Shown: piece after piece, positions 1 to 7,288 of the stretch
Layout of the letters: every line of letters starts with the position of its first letter
Numbering within the stretch: position 1 is the stretch's first letter
Assembly (NCBI GenBank): GCA_963613665.1
Contig: CAVEAL010000004.1
Span: 83,134-115,133 of the forward strand
Source: a bacterium
GTDB taxonomy: Bacteria; Bacillota; Clostridia; Oscillospirales; Oscillospiraceae
Length of the DNA: 32,000 bases
Direction of reading: 5' to 3'
The notes under the pieces: generated by a model
The model's database searches: none
Seen by the model: the letters and a program-made list of their open reading frames with translations, nothing else
What the model was told of the DNA's origin: nothing
Translations under genes and position numbers: made by a program

Positions 1-319
1 TGCACGAAACATACTTGCGGGTCGGGCTGGTGCCTTCCTTAAACAGTGCGTTTGAAAGGGCATCTCCGATGGCGTTTACCGCGCCGGAGCGATTGTATAT
101 TTGAGCCAGAAGGCTTCCGGAGAAGATCACCGGAAACAGCGATTTGAACATCGTACAGAAGCCGTCGAAATAAACGTTCGTCATGGTCTCGCCGTACGGC
201 AGACCGTTTAAGAATATGACGACTGCTGCGGCTACCATTCCGACGATCAGCGGGCTCCAACGCCGTATCATAAGCGTGACGACGACCGCAAAGCCCAGGA
301 AAATGCTGAGATAGCCCAT
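1..319 (-). CDS. GntP-family-like permease, 5' part only (gene continues past the left edge)
   Basis: Absent from the ORF track because it runs off the window. Reverse-strand ATG at 319 is preceded by GGAAGGAG. It reads MGYLSIFLGFAVVVTLMIRRWSPLIVGMVAAAVVIFLNGLPYGETMTNVYFDGFCTMFKSLFPVIFSGSLLAQIYNRSGAVNAIGDAL... with no stop down to position 1. Hydrophobic helices with a GntP/citrate-transporter-like N-terminus. Starts 20 nt downstream of the SDR stop on the same strand. Confidence 0.6.
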   Translation of the reverse strand, partial: MGYLSIFLGFAVVVTLMIRRWSPLIVGMVAAAVVIFLNGLPYGETMTNVYFDGFCTMFKSLFPVIFSGSLLAQIYNRSGAVNAIGDALSNALFKEGTSPTRKYVSC

Positions 320-338
320 AGTTCTCCTTCCCGGCCGC

Positions 339-1085
339 TTACACCATCGTTGTGCCGCCGTTCATTGAAACGACCTGTCCGGTAATAAAGTCAGACGCGA
401 GGAAGTATCTTACGATGTGGTACATCTCCGAAACCTCGCCGGCTCTCTGCAGCGGGCAGCCCTTAGTGCGGCTTTCCATGAGCTCGGGGTCGATGCGCAC
501 TGCGTCCCAATACATATCGGTCTTGTGAGAGCCCGGCGCTATGGCGTTGACCTGGATATTATACTGGCCGAGGTCTATGGCGTGTGCCTGGGTCATGCCG
601 CGAACGGCAAATTTCGAGGCGGAATACGCAAGGGAGCCTCTTGCGGCGCGAAGTCCCGCCGCCGAGCACAGGTGGATTATCTTTCCAAAGTGATTTGCGA
701 TCATAAGATCACAGAAATAGCGTGTCATGAAGAAGGTGCCCTTGACATTGACATCTATAACATCGCAGAAATCCTTTGGAACTATGACCTCGGAGGTCTG
801 ATTGGTGTATATACCGGCGTTGTTTATAAGAACGGCAAGGTTCGTGCCCATGGTCTCCTCCGCCCACTTTCGGAACGCGATGACCTCGTTCTCGTTCTGG
901 ATGGAGATCTTGTACATCTCTACCCTGACGCCGTATGTCTGCGCCAGTCTTTCCTTCACGGCCTGTGCTCTGTCTGCCTTGTTCTGATAGGTGATAATGA
1001 GATCGTAGCCTTCGCGGGCAAGCTCCTCTGCGCAGGCCTCGCCGAGACCTCTGGACGCGCCTGTAACTATGCCATATTTATTCAT
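339..1085 (-). CDS. Short-chain dehydrogenase/reductase (SDR family oxidoreductase)
   Basis: 248 aa. Has TGASRGLG cofactor motif, NNAG, and the S...YSASK catalytic motif. GGAGG lies 8 nt upstream of the ATG, inside the end of the MFS gene. Confidence 0.9.
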   Translation of the reverse strand: MNKYGIVTGASRGLGEACAEELAREGYDLIITYQNKADRAQAVKERLAQTYGVRVEMYKISIQNENEVIAFRKWAEETMGTNLAVLINNAGIYTNQTSEVIVPKDFCDVIDVNVKGTFFMTRYFCDLMIANHFGKIIHLCSAAGLRAARGSLAYSASKFAVRGMTQAHAIDLGQYNIQVNAIAPGSHKTDMYWDAVRIDPELMESRTKGCPLQRAGEVSEMYHIVRYFLASDFITGQVVSMNGGTTMV

Positions 1086-1088
1086 TAT

Positions 1089-2531
1089 TCATTCCTCCGT
1101 TTTAAGACTTTTGTCCTTGAGTGTAAGCGAGAGTATCGCAACTATCACGGATGCGGCGAAGCTTCCCCAGAACACAGCGATAAGGCCGGCGCCGAGGTCC
1201 GCCTTTGCGGTCCATGTATTCATAAGAAGCTGGAGCACCGCAAGACCGACCGAACCGCCGAAGGTGATACCCATGTACACAAGAGACGTGGACATGCCGA
1301 TATCCTTGGTTTCGACATATTCAGCCGCTGCGTCGTATATCGTGGTCGTGGTGATAGCGTTGCCGATACCGTAGCAGGCGGCGATGATATTCAGCGTGAC
1401 CAGGTGCTTACCTACATCGGGGCTGAGCCAGAATGCCAGGACACCGATAACTATCATACACACAAGTGAGCAGAAGACAAGAATTTTTTTGGGACGCAGA
1501 TTGCCAATACGGCTGATGATAAAGGTGAAGAACAGTGTAACGAGATAGATGAGAGAGAACGGGATGCCGGATGCCGTCGCGCTCGTTCCGCCAACCTTCT
1601 GCATGTACAGCGACAGGAAGTTTACAGGTGCCATGTTTACGATGCATGCAAATACCGCGATGAAGAAAAGCTTTGTAAAGTTTGAGTTGGTCTTAAACAG
1701 CTCCAAAGGAAGGAGCGCCGCGGAGCCCTTGCTGTTCTCGGTCTTGAGAAGGAATACAAGTGAAGCGGCGGTGATCACAAGGCCGGCAATAATGATCGGA
1801 TTGCCCCAGCCCAGGGTGTTGCCGAGGGTGCAGACCAGTGTTGCGACAGCGATAAAGATGATGAATGCCGAGCAGCCGCTGACATCGAACGGGGTATCTT
1901 TGTAAAATCTGTTTTTGGTGTTGCTAGGGCAGCACATAGCGAAGATTATAAGTCCGGCAAGGTGGAATGCGAAGATGGTGAAGAAGGTAGATCTCCAGCC
2001 GAAGTGGTCAACAAGAAGACCGGCGACCGTGGGGCCGACAACGTTTGTGATGCTGTATGTAACGCCGCGGAATCCGACCCACTTTTTTCTGTCGGCGCTC
2101 GGCCATATCAGGTTGAGCGAAGAAAGCTCCTGACCGCAGATGAGGCCGCAGCCTACACCGTAAAGCACGCGGATGATGAGGAAAACGATCATGTTGGGTG
2201 CGATCGTCGTGAGCAGGTCGCAGGCAAGCACGATCACAAGGCCCGCCAATATGGTCTTTTTGAGGCCTGTCTTGGCTGATACCCGCGCCACTATCAGCGT
2301 CACAACGGTCATGGCAACGGTCATGAGGGAGTTGCCCGCCGAATACAGGTAGGATGAGTATGTCCAGTCTGCGACTATACTCGGCAGCGCTACGCCGTAT
2401 GAGCGGAAGCTGAAATTGCAACCGAAAACTGCGATAAATAATGCTATCGATACTATGGCTCTTTTTCTCGGGTCAATAAAGATACCGACATCTTCTTTCA
2501 GGGGCTGCGCATTTGATACAGTATTTCCCAT
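1089..2531 (-). CDS. MFS transporter (long, many-TM DHA2-like type)
   Basis: 480 aa and hydrophobic throughout. AAGGAG RBS. Only 3 nt from the downstream SDR gene and 14 nt from the upstream reductase gene. Confidence 0.9.
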   Translation of the reverse strand: MGNTVSNAQPLKEDVGIFIDPRKRAIVSIALFIAVFGCNFSFRSYGVALPSIVADWTYSSYLYSAGNSLMTVAMTVVTLIVARVSAKTGLKKTILAGLVIVLACDLLTTIAPNMIVFLIIRVLYGVGCGLICGQELSSLNLIWPSADRKKWVGFRGVTYSITNVVGPTVAGLLVDHFGWRSTFFTIFAFHLAGLIIFAMCCPSNTKNRFYKDTPFDVSGCSAFIIFIAVATLVCTLGNTLGWGNPIIIAGLVITAASLVFLLKTENSKGSAALLPLELFKTNSNFTKLFFIAVFACIVNMAPVNFLSLYMQKVGGTSATASGIPFSLIYLVTLFFTFIISRIGNLRPKKILVFCSLVCMIVIGVLAFWLSPDVGKHLVTLNIIAACYGIGNAITTTTIYDAAAEYVETKDIGMSTSLVYMGITFGGSVGLAVLQLLMNTWTAKADLGAGLIAVFWGSFAASVIVAILSLTLKDKSLKTEE

Positions 2532-2545
2532 TTCAATCTCCTTTT

Positions 2546-4471
2546 TTATTCAAGTACACGAATCGTGTGATAGCCCTGGTGGATAGCGTTTATAACTTTG
2601 CCGGGCTTTATATTGTCGCCGATCTGGACGGCCTCAAAGCCGGCATCTCTGATGGACTCGTAGAGCTTGCGGCTTGATCTGAAGCCTGCCGCAAAGATCA
2701 CGGAATCGCAAGGAATGGTTTTTTTGCCCTCGGCGGTCTCCACGACCACAGCGTCGTCCAGTATCTCCGTGAGCTTTGTGCTTGTCATGATGTTCGTTCC
2801 GGAGTGCTCTACGAGATAGCGGATGTTCTGATCATTTGCCACGAAGTGATCTGCGGTGAGCAGTATCTTGTCGAGCAGCTCGACCATCGTTACGTTCTTG
2901 CCCTGCATGCACAGCTCGGTGGAAAGCTCGCAGCCGACCTCGCCGCCGCCGACGACGACAACATTCTGTCCGACCGTCACCTGCTTTAGCAATACGGGCA
3001 CGGCGGTGCTGACATTGGGCTTATCCGCACCGGGAACGGGGATGACCACCGGCGCTGCACCTGCCGCGACAACGACAAAATCGGGTGCGTATGCCTTGAC
3101 ATCTTCAATGGTCGCGGTCTTGCCGAGTCTTACGCGAACGCCGGTCTTGTATACCTGGCGAATAAGATACTCGACCTGTGCGCTTACATCCTTCTTAAAG
3201 CGAGGCGCGCCCGCGGCAGCCATAATGCCGCCCATATAGTCGTTTTTCTCCCACAACTCGACATCAAATCCGCGCTGCGCCGCGGTGGCGGCAGCCTTCA
3301 TTCCCCCGGGACCCGCGCCGATAACGAGGATGCGCTTCGACGTTTCGGCCGGCGTAAGCTCAAATTCGTTTTCGTGCATGCACAGAGGATTGACGGCGCA
3401 GGGACGGGCATGACCCTTCATGGCGTTGAAATGACATTCTCCGCAGCCGATGCACGGCACGATCTCATCCAGCCGGTTCTTCCTGACCTTGTTCGCCCAA
3501 TGCGGATCGGCGATCATTCCGTGGCCGATCGCGACGAGATCGACAGTGCCGTCCTCAAGCGCCTTTTCGGCAACATCGACGTGGTTGAGCTTGCCGTGCG
3601 CCATGAGGGGGATGCTGCCTATGACCTCGCGGACCATTGCCGCCGCTTCAAGATCGAAGCCCTCCGGCTGGTAGACGCTGCTGACCATGCGCCAGCGGCA
3701 GGAATATGCTCCGCGGCCGAAGTGGATAAGGTCGACCTTTTTCTCGGCAAGGCGCTTTGCGATAGCGAGTCCCTCTTCGAGAGGACGCTCCTCGTCATCA
3801 ACGCTGTCAAGCGTCATTTTGACCGCGATGGGATAATCCTCACCGCAGGCATTTCTAACCTCGTCAACGATCTCGAGCAAGAATCTCTGGCGGTTCTCAA
3901 AGCTTCCGCCATACTCATCGGTTCGATGATTCCACTTTGCGGAGGTGAACTGATCGATAAGGTATCCGCCGTAAGCATGGATCTCGATAATGTCCACACC
4001 CGCATCCTTTGCAAGCTTTGCCGACTCACCCATTGCCTTCACGAGTCTCTTCACTCCGTCGGTCGGTATCTCACGGCAAATAAGGTCAGGCTTGTAATAG
4101 TTCGGGCAGGGGCTTGCGGAATACGGCGGAGTGCTGGGATCTATCCAGTTCATTCTGCCTATTCCCGGCGAAAGCTGGATGCCGAATTTCGCGCCGTAGA
4201 TGTGCACACGCTCGGCGATCATATGCAGCATATATACATCCTTGCAGCTGGTCAGCTTCTGACACGGAGCGGGCTCGAACTCCTCGGATGCCGTAACAGC
4301 GCCCGTCAGGATAAGTCCGGCCCCGCCCTTCGCGCGCTCGGCATAGAAATTAACATCACGCATGTTAAATCCGCTCGAGTGATCGGTGGTCGTTCCCATC
4401 GGAGCAAGGACAACTCTGTTCTTGAGTATCATGCTGCCGATCTTGATCTCTTCAAAAAGTCTCATGGTCAT
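2546..4471 (-). CDS. Fe-S flavoenzyme of the 2-enoate reductase / 2,4-dienoyl-CoA reductase (FadH, BaiCD/BaiH) family: N-terminal OYE-like FMN domain plus C-terminal FAD/NAD(P) domain
   Basis: The ORF-track entry extends to 4642. GGAGGAGAAA sits directly upstream of the ATG at 4471, giving MTMRLFEEIKIGSMILKNRVVLAPMGT, a typical OYE N-terminus. Has the 4Fe-4S motif CIGCGECHFNAMKGHARPCAVNP and the dinucleotide fold ILVIGAGPGG. 641 aa. Confidence 0.9.
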   Translation of the reverse strand: MTMRLFEEIKIGSMILKNRVVLAPMGTTTDHSSGFNMRDVNFYAERAKGGAGLILTGAVTASEEFEPAPCQKLTSCKDVYMLHMIAERVHIYGAKFGIQLSPGIGRMNWIDPSTPPYSASPCPNYYKPDLICREIPTDGVKRLVKAMGESAKLAKDAGVDIIEIHAYGGYLIDQFTSAKWNHRTDEYGGSFENRQRFLLEIVDEVRNACGEDYPIAVKMTLDSVDDEERPLEEGLAIAKRLAEKKVDLIHFGRGAYSCRWRMVSSVYQPEGFDLEAAAMVREVIGSIPLMAHGKLNHVDVAEKALEDGTVDLVAIGHGMIADPHWANKVRKNRLDEIVPCIGCGECHFNAMKGHARPCAVNPLCMHENEFELTPAETSKRILVIGAGPGGMKAAATAAQRGFDVELWEKNDYMGGIMAAAGAPRFKKDVSAQVEYLIRQVYKTGVRVRLGKTATIEDVKAYAPDFVVVAAGAAPVVIPVPGADKPNVSTAVPVLLKQVTVGQNVVVVGGGEVGCELSTELCMQGKNVTMVELLDKILLTADHFVANDQNIRYLVEHSGTNIMTSTKLTEILDDAVVVETAEGKKTIPCDSVIFAAGFRSSRKLYESIRDAGFEAVQIGDNIKPGKVINAIHQGYHTIRVLE

Positions 4472-4697
4472 TTTCTCCTCCCGGTAGATCAAAGTTAAAA
4501 AAACAGTAGACGAGTTCGCAGCTATGTTGTAAAATATAGTTGCGCAGCAGTGATGTGTTCGCGGGTGTGTATTTGTTATACCTCGGTAACACACTATCAG
4601 AATATCACCTTGTCGAAGAGTTGTCAATGTGTAAGTTGACACAACTTTAACATTTTAATTTGTTGCAATTGCACAAAAATCTTAGGGAGGATTTTAT

Positions 4698-5285
4698 TTG
4701 AATATCAAAGAATCGAGTGCTGACACCAAGGAGCGCATAAGATCATGCGCCATAGAGTTGTTTAAAAATAACGGTTACGAAAATGTTACCGTGGTGCAAA
4801 TATGCAAGGCGGTCGGGATCACAAAACGTACATTTTACTATCATTACGAGTCCAAAGAGCAGCTTGTAAGCGGCATTACGGACTATCTCGGCATTAAAGC
4901 CGAGCACTTTGTCGATACGCTGGCGGCACAGCAGACCAATGTCGGCACGCTGTGGGCGCTCATGAGCGTATACAGCATAAACGCAACGGATTATGGTGCG
5001 AATATCATACGCCAGATTTATATCAACCTCGTTCAGGGCAAGAATGAGGGGAAATTTCCGCAGGATATGTACCTGTATAAAACCGTCGTCAAGACTATCA
5101 ACAACGCGAAGCTTGCGGGCGAGATAAGCAATGCCGCCGCCGCGGAGGACATCGCGTTTGCGCTCTATCACGGCTTCCGAAGCGTAACTATCACATGGGC
5201 ATCCGAAGGCGGCGAGTTTGACCTCGTCAGCGCCTTTCGCCAGATATTCATTACGGTGCTCGGCGTAAATGATGTTAATTTTTAA
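4698..5285 (+). CDS. TetR/AcrR family transcriptional regulator
   Basis: 195 aa. TTG start 7 nt after AGGGAGG. N-terminal HTH (ERIRSCAIELFKNNGYENVTVVQICKAVGITKRTFYYHYESKEQL). Divergent from the reductase operon. Confidence 0.9.
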   Translation: MNIKESSADTKERIRSCAIELFKNNGYENVTVVQICKAVGITKRTFYYHYESKEQLVSGITDYLGIKAEHFVDTLAAQQTNVGTLWALMSVYSINATDYGANIIRQIYINLVQGKNEGKFPQDMYLYKTVVKTINNAKLAGEISNAAAAEDIAFALYHGFRSVTITWASEGGEFDLVSAFRQIFITVLGVNDVNF

Positions 5286-5302
5286 ACTAACATTTTTTCA
5301 TG

Positions 5303-5334
5303 ATAACCTCAAAGGCATTTGCCTTTGAGGTTAT
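5303..5334. terminator. 14-bp perfect-stem hairpin between the convergent TetR and ADH-SDR genes
   Basis: ATAACCTCAAAGGC-attt-GCCTTTGAGGTTAT followed by TTG on the + strand. Lies 18 nt after the TetR stop and about 60 nt after the SDR stop on the other strand. Confidence 0.6.
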
Positions 5335-5392
5335 TTGCTGTCAGAGCGTATCGGAGCTCTGCTTTGGCTCGGCTGTCGGATAACGAGAGCCG

Positions 5393-7249
5393 TCAGGTGC
5401 AGGTCCAGCCGCCGTCTATAACAATGTTCTGGCCGGTCATGTAGGAAGCCTCCTCGCTGGCCATGAAAATAACTGCCGCATCCAGCTCCGAGTTCCTGCC
5501 GGGGCGCTTCATCGGACACCAGGTGTTGATGAAGTCGTTGAACCAGCCCTGTCCCACCGGCGATTGCTCGGAAGCAAAGAATCCGGGGCTCAGGGTATTT
5601 ACGGTGATGCCGTACTGCGCCCACTCATTGGCCAGCTGACGGGTGAGGTTTATAACGCCGCCCTTGGTGGCGGAATATTCGCATATACCGCGGCCGAAGG
5701 TGCTGTCGAGCGCGACGCTGCCAAGCATCGACGATACGTTGATAATACGTCCGTAACCGTTTTTCTTCATAAGCTTTGCAAACTCACGGGCGCAGTAGAA
5801 CAGACCGGTCAGGCATACGTCGACGGTTGCCTGCCACTTCTCGTCCGTAAGGGATATAGCCCAGTCGTTGTGGCCTTCGCCGGCGCAGTTTATGAGAATG
5901 TCGCAGCGGCCGAATTCCTTTTCGACCGCGTCGCGGCACGCGCTCACCATTTCGGACTTGGTAACATCGCAGCGGAAGGGCATTGCGCGCACTCCATACT
6001 TCTCGTGGATCTCCTGCGCGTTTTTCTCGAGCAGGTGCATGCGGCGGGCCGCAAGAACAACATCGCAGCCGCGAGCCGCGAGAGCGTTGGCGAAAAGCAC
6101 GCCTATTCCGGATGAACCGCCTGTTACAACCGCAACTTTTCCATTAAAATCGAACATTATCGTTCCTCCTTGTTTTAAATATAAATAATTGGTTTTATGA
6201 ATTGGTTTTATGACTTCGGGTGTTTTGTTTTCCATGAGCTTGAAGCCGTCTTCGATCTTTTCGAAGCCGTGCATCTCATGGGTGATGAGAAGGGTAGGGT
6301 CTAATCTGCCGTTCTTTACAAGAGCCATGAGGTTTTCCATGCGGTATCTTCCGCCTGCGCAAAGCCGGCCGGTGAGAGTAACATGGTTCACAAGGCATCC
6401 GGCATCGGCAACAGTAAGGTGAAAATCCCTGCTGAAGTCATAGCCGGCGACATTGGAAATGCGTCCGCCGCACTTCACCATTCGATATGCATCGTTTACC
6501 GTGCCTTCGGTCCCGCCCGCGATGATGACCTTATCGACCTTTCTGTTTGCCGTAAGCTCCATGATCTGCGATACGATATCGCCCTCGGTATAGTCAACAA
6601 TGTCTGTTGCGCCATACTTTCTGGCTATTTCTTTTGTCAATGCTCTGTTACCGACGGCTATAAGGCGGCCCGCGCCGCGGATCGCCGCAGCCGCAACACT
6701 CATAAGCCCTACCGGGCCTATTCCGATAACGACTGCTGTTTCGCCGAACTGAATATCGGCTCCTTCAACTCCGGAGAAGCCGGTCGTCACCATGTCTCCG
6801 ATAAGACCCGCCGCCTTAATGGAAACTCCGTCCGGAACGACCGCGAGATTCATGTCGGCATCGGGTATGATAAAGTACTCGCCGAAGGTGCCGTCAAGCT
6901 GAGAGGAGAGATAGCGGCCGCCAAGGAAGCCACCCGCGTGCTCGTGCAGGTTTTCGGCGATCTCCCGCCCTCTCCAGATCGGCGTGACCGCGGGTATGGC
7001 AACGATATCGCCGACCTTGATGTCCGTGACCATAGAGCCGACCTTTTCGACGCGTCCTACGCCTTCGTGACCGAGAATACGGTTTGGCCATGCCTTCCTG
7101 TGATGCGCGCTATGCACATCGGATGTACACGGGAGCACTGCGATAGGGGAACAAAGCGCTTCAAGAGGCCCGACCTGGGGGATTTCTTTCTCCATCCAGC
7201 CCCAGCTCACGGTGGGCTCGATCACGCCGTAGCCTTTCATTAAAACCAT
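5393..7249 (-). CDS. Single open frame: zinc-dependent (MDR, secondary-alcohol-dehydrogenase-like) ADH fused in frame to an SDR oxidoreductase
   Basis: ADH part: MKGYGVIEPTVSWGWMEKE.., PCTSDVH, ILGHEGVG, IGDMVTTGF (Cys/His/Asp zinc ligands) and VIGIGPVGL. SDR part begins at the internal ATG at 6157 with its own AAGGAGG RBS: MFDFNGKVAVVTGGSSGIG..YSATK. No stop separates the two parts (see the repeat at 6187-6213). Start could be 7252 (GTG), 7249 (ATG, best RBS spacing) or 7240 (ATG, best match to ADH N-termini). Confidence 0.75.
   Translation of the reverse strand: MVLMKGYGVIEPTVSWGWMEKEIPQVGPLEALCSPIAVLPCTSDVHSAHHRKAWPNRILGHEGVGRVEKVGSMVTDIKVGDIVAIPAVTPIWRGREIAENLHEHAGGFLGGRYLSSQLDGTFGEYFIIPDADMNLAVVPDGVSIKAAGLIGDMVTTGFSGVEGADIQFGETAVVIGIGPVGLMSVAAAAIRGAGRLIAVGNRALTKEIARKYGATDIVDYTEGDIVSQIMELTANRKVDKVIIAGGTEGTVNDAYRMVKCGGRISNVAGYDFSRDFHLTVADAGCLVNHVTLTGRLCAGGRYRMENLMALVKNGRLDPTLLITHEMHGFEKIEDGFKLMENKTPEVIKPIHKTNYLYLKQGGTIMFDFNGKVAVVTGGSSGIGVLFANALAARGCDVVLAARRMHLLEKNAQEIHEKYGVRAMPFRCDVTKSEMVSACRDAVEKEFGRCDILINCAGEGHNDWAISLTDEKWQATVDVCLTGLFYCAREFAKLMKKNGYGRIINVSSMLGSVALDSTFGRGICEYSATKGGVINLTRQLANEWAQYGITVNTLSPGFFASEQSPVGQGWFNDFINTWCPMKRPGRNSELDAAVIFMASEEASYMTGQNIVIDGGWTCT
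6187..6213. repeat. Perfect tandem duplication of a 13-nt unit (ATTGGTTTTATGA x2, plus 1 extra matching base)
   Basis: Read directly: 6188-6200 equals 6201-6213, and base 6187 equals base 6200. It lies exactly at the end of the ADH module, in the 17-nt spacer region before the SDR RBS. Confidence 0.95.
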
Positions 7250-7288
7250 CACTTTACGTCCTTTCCGGGTTTTATAACCGAGATTTTT

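Noticed and set aside
39-260. 73-aa - strand ORF at the left edge
   Set aside because: It is out of frame with, and wholly inside, the better-supported permease reading frame that starts at 319 with a GGAAGGAG RBS. Its Arg-rich sequence is not protein-like.
417-1469. 350-aa + strand ORF across the SDR and MFS genes. Similar antisense ORFs occur at 3374-4498, 5564-6115, 6383-7243, 7562-8779, 22156-23406, 23601-24254, 24657-25295, 29447-30094, 30212-31231 and 30990-31592.
   Set aside because: All overlap well-supported genes on the opposite strand. They lack RBSs and have Arg/Ala/Gly/His-rich composition typical of shadow frames in GC-rich coding DNA.
4472-4642. 57-codon N-terminal extension of the first reductase ORF (track start 4642)
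   Set aside because: The extension has no RBS and no similarity to OYE N-termini. A strong GGAGGAGAAA sits immediately before the ATG at 4471, which yields the canonical N-terminus.
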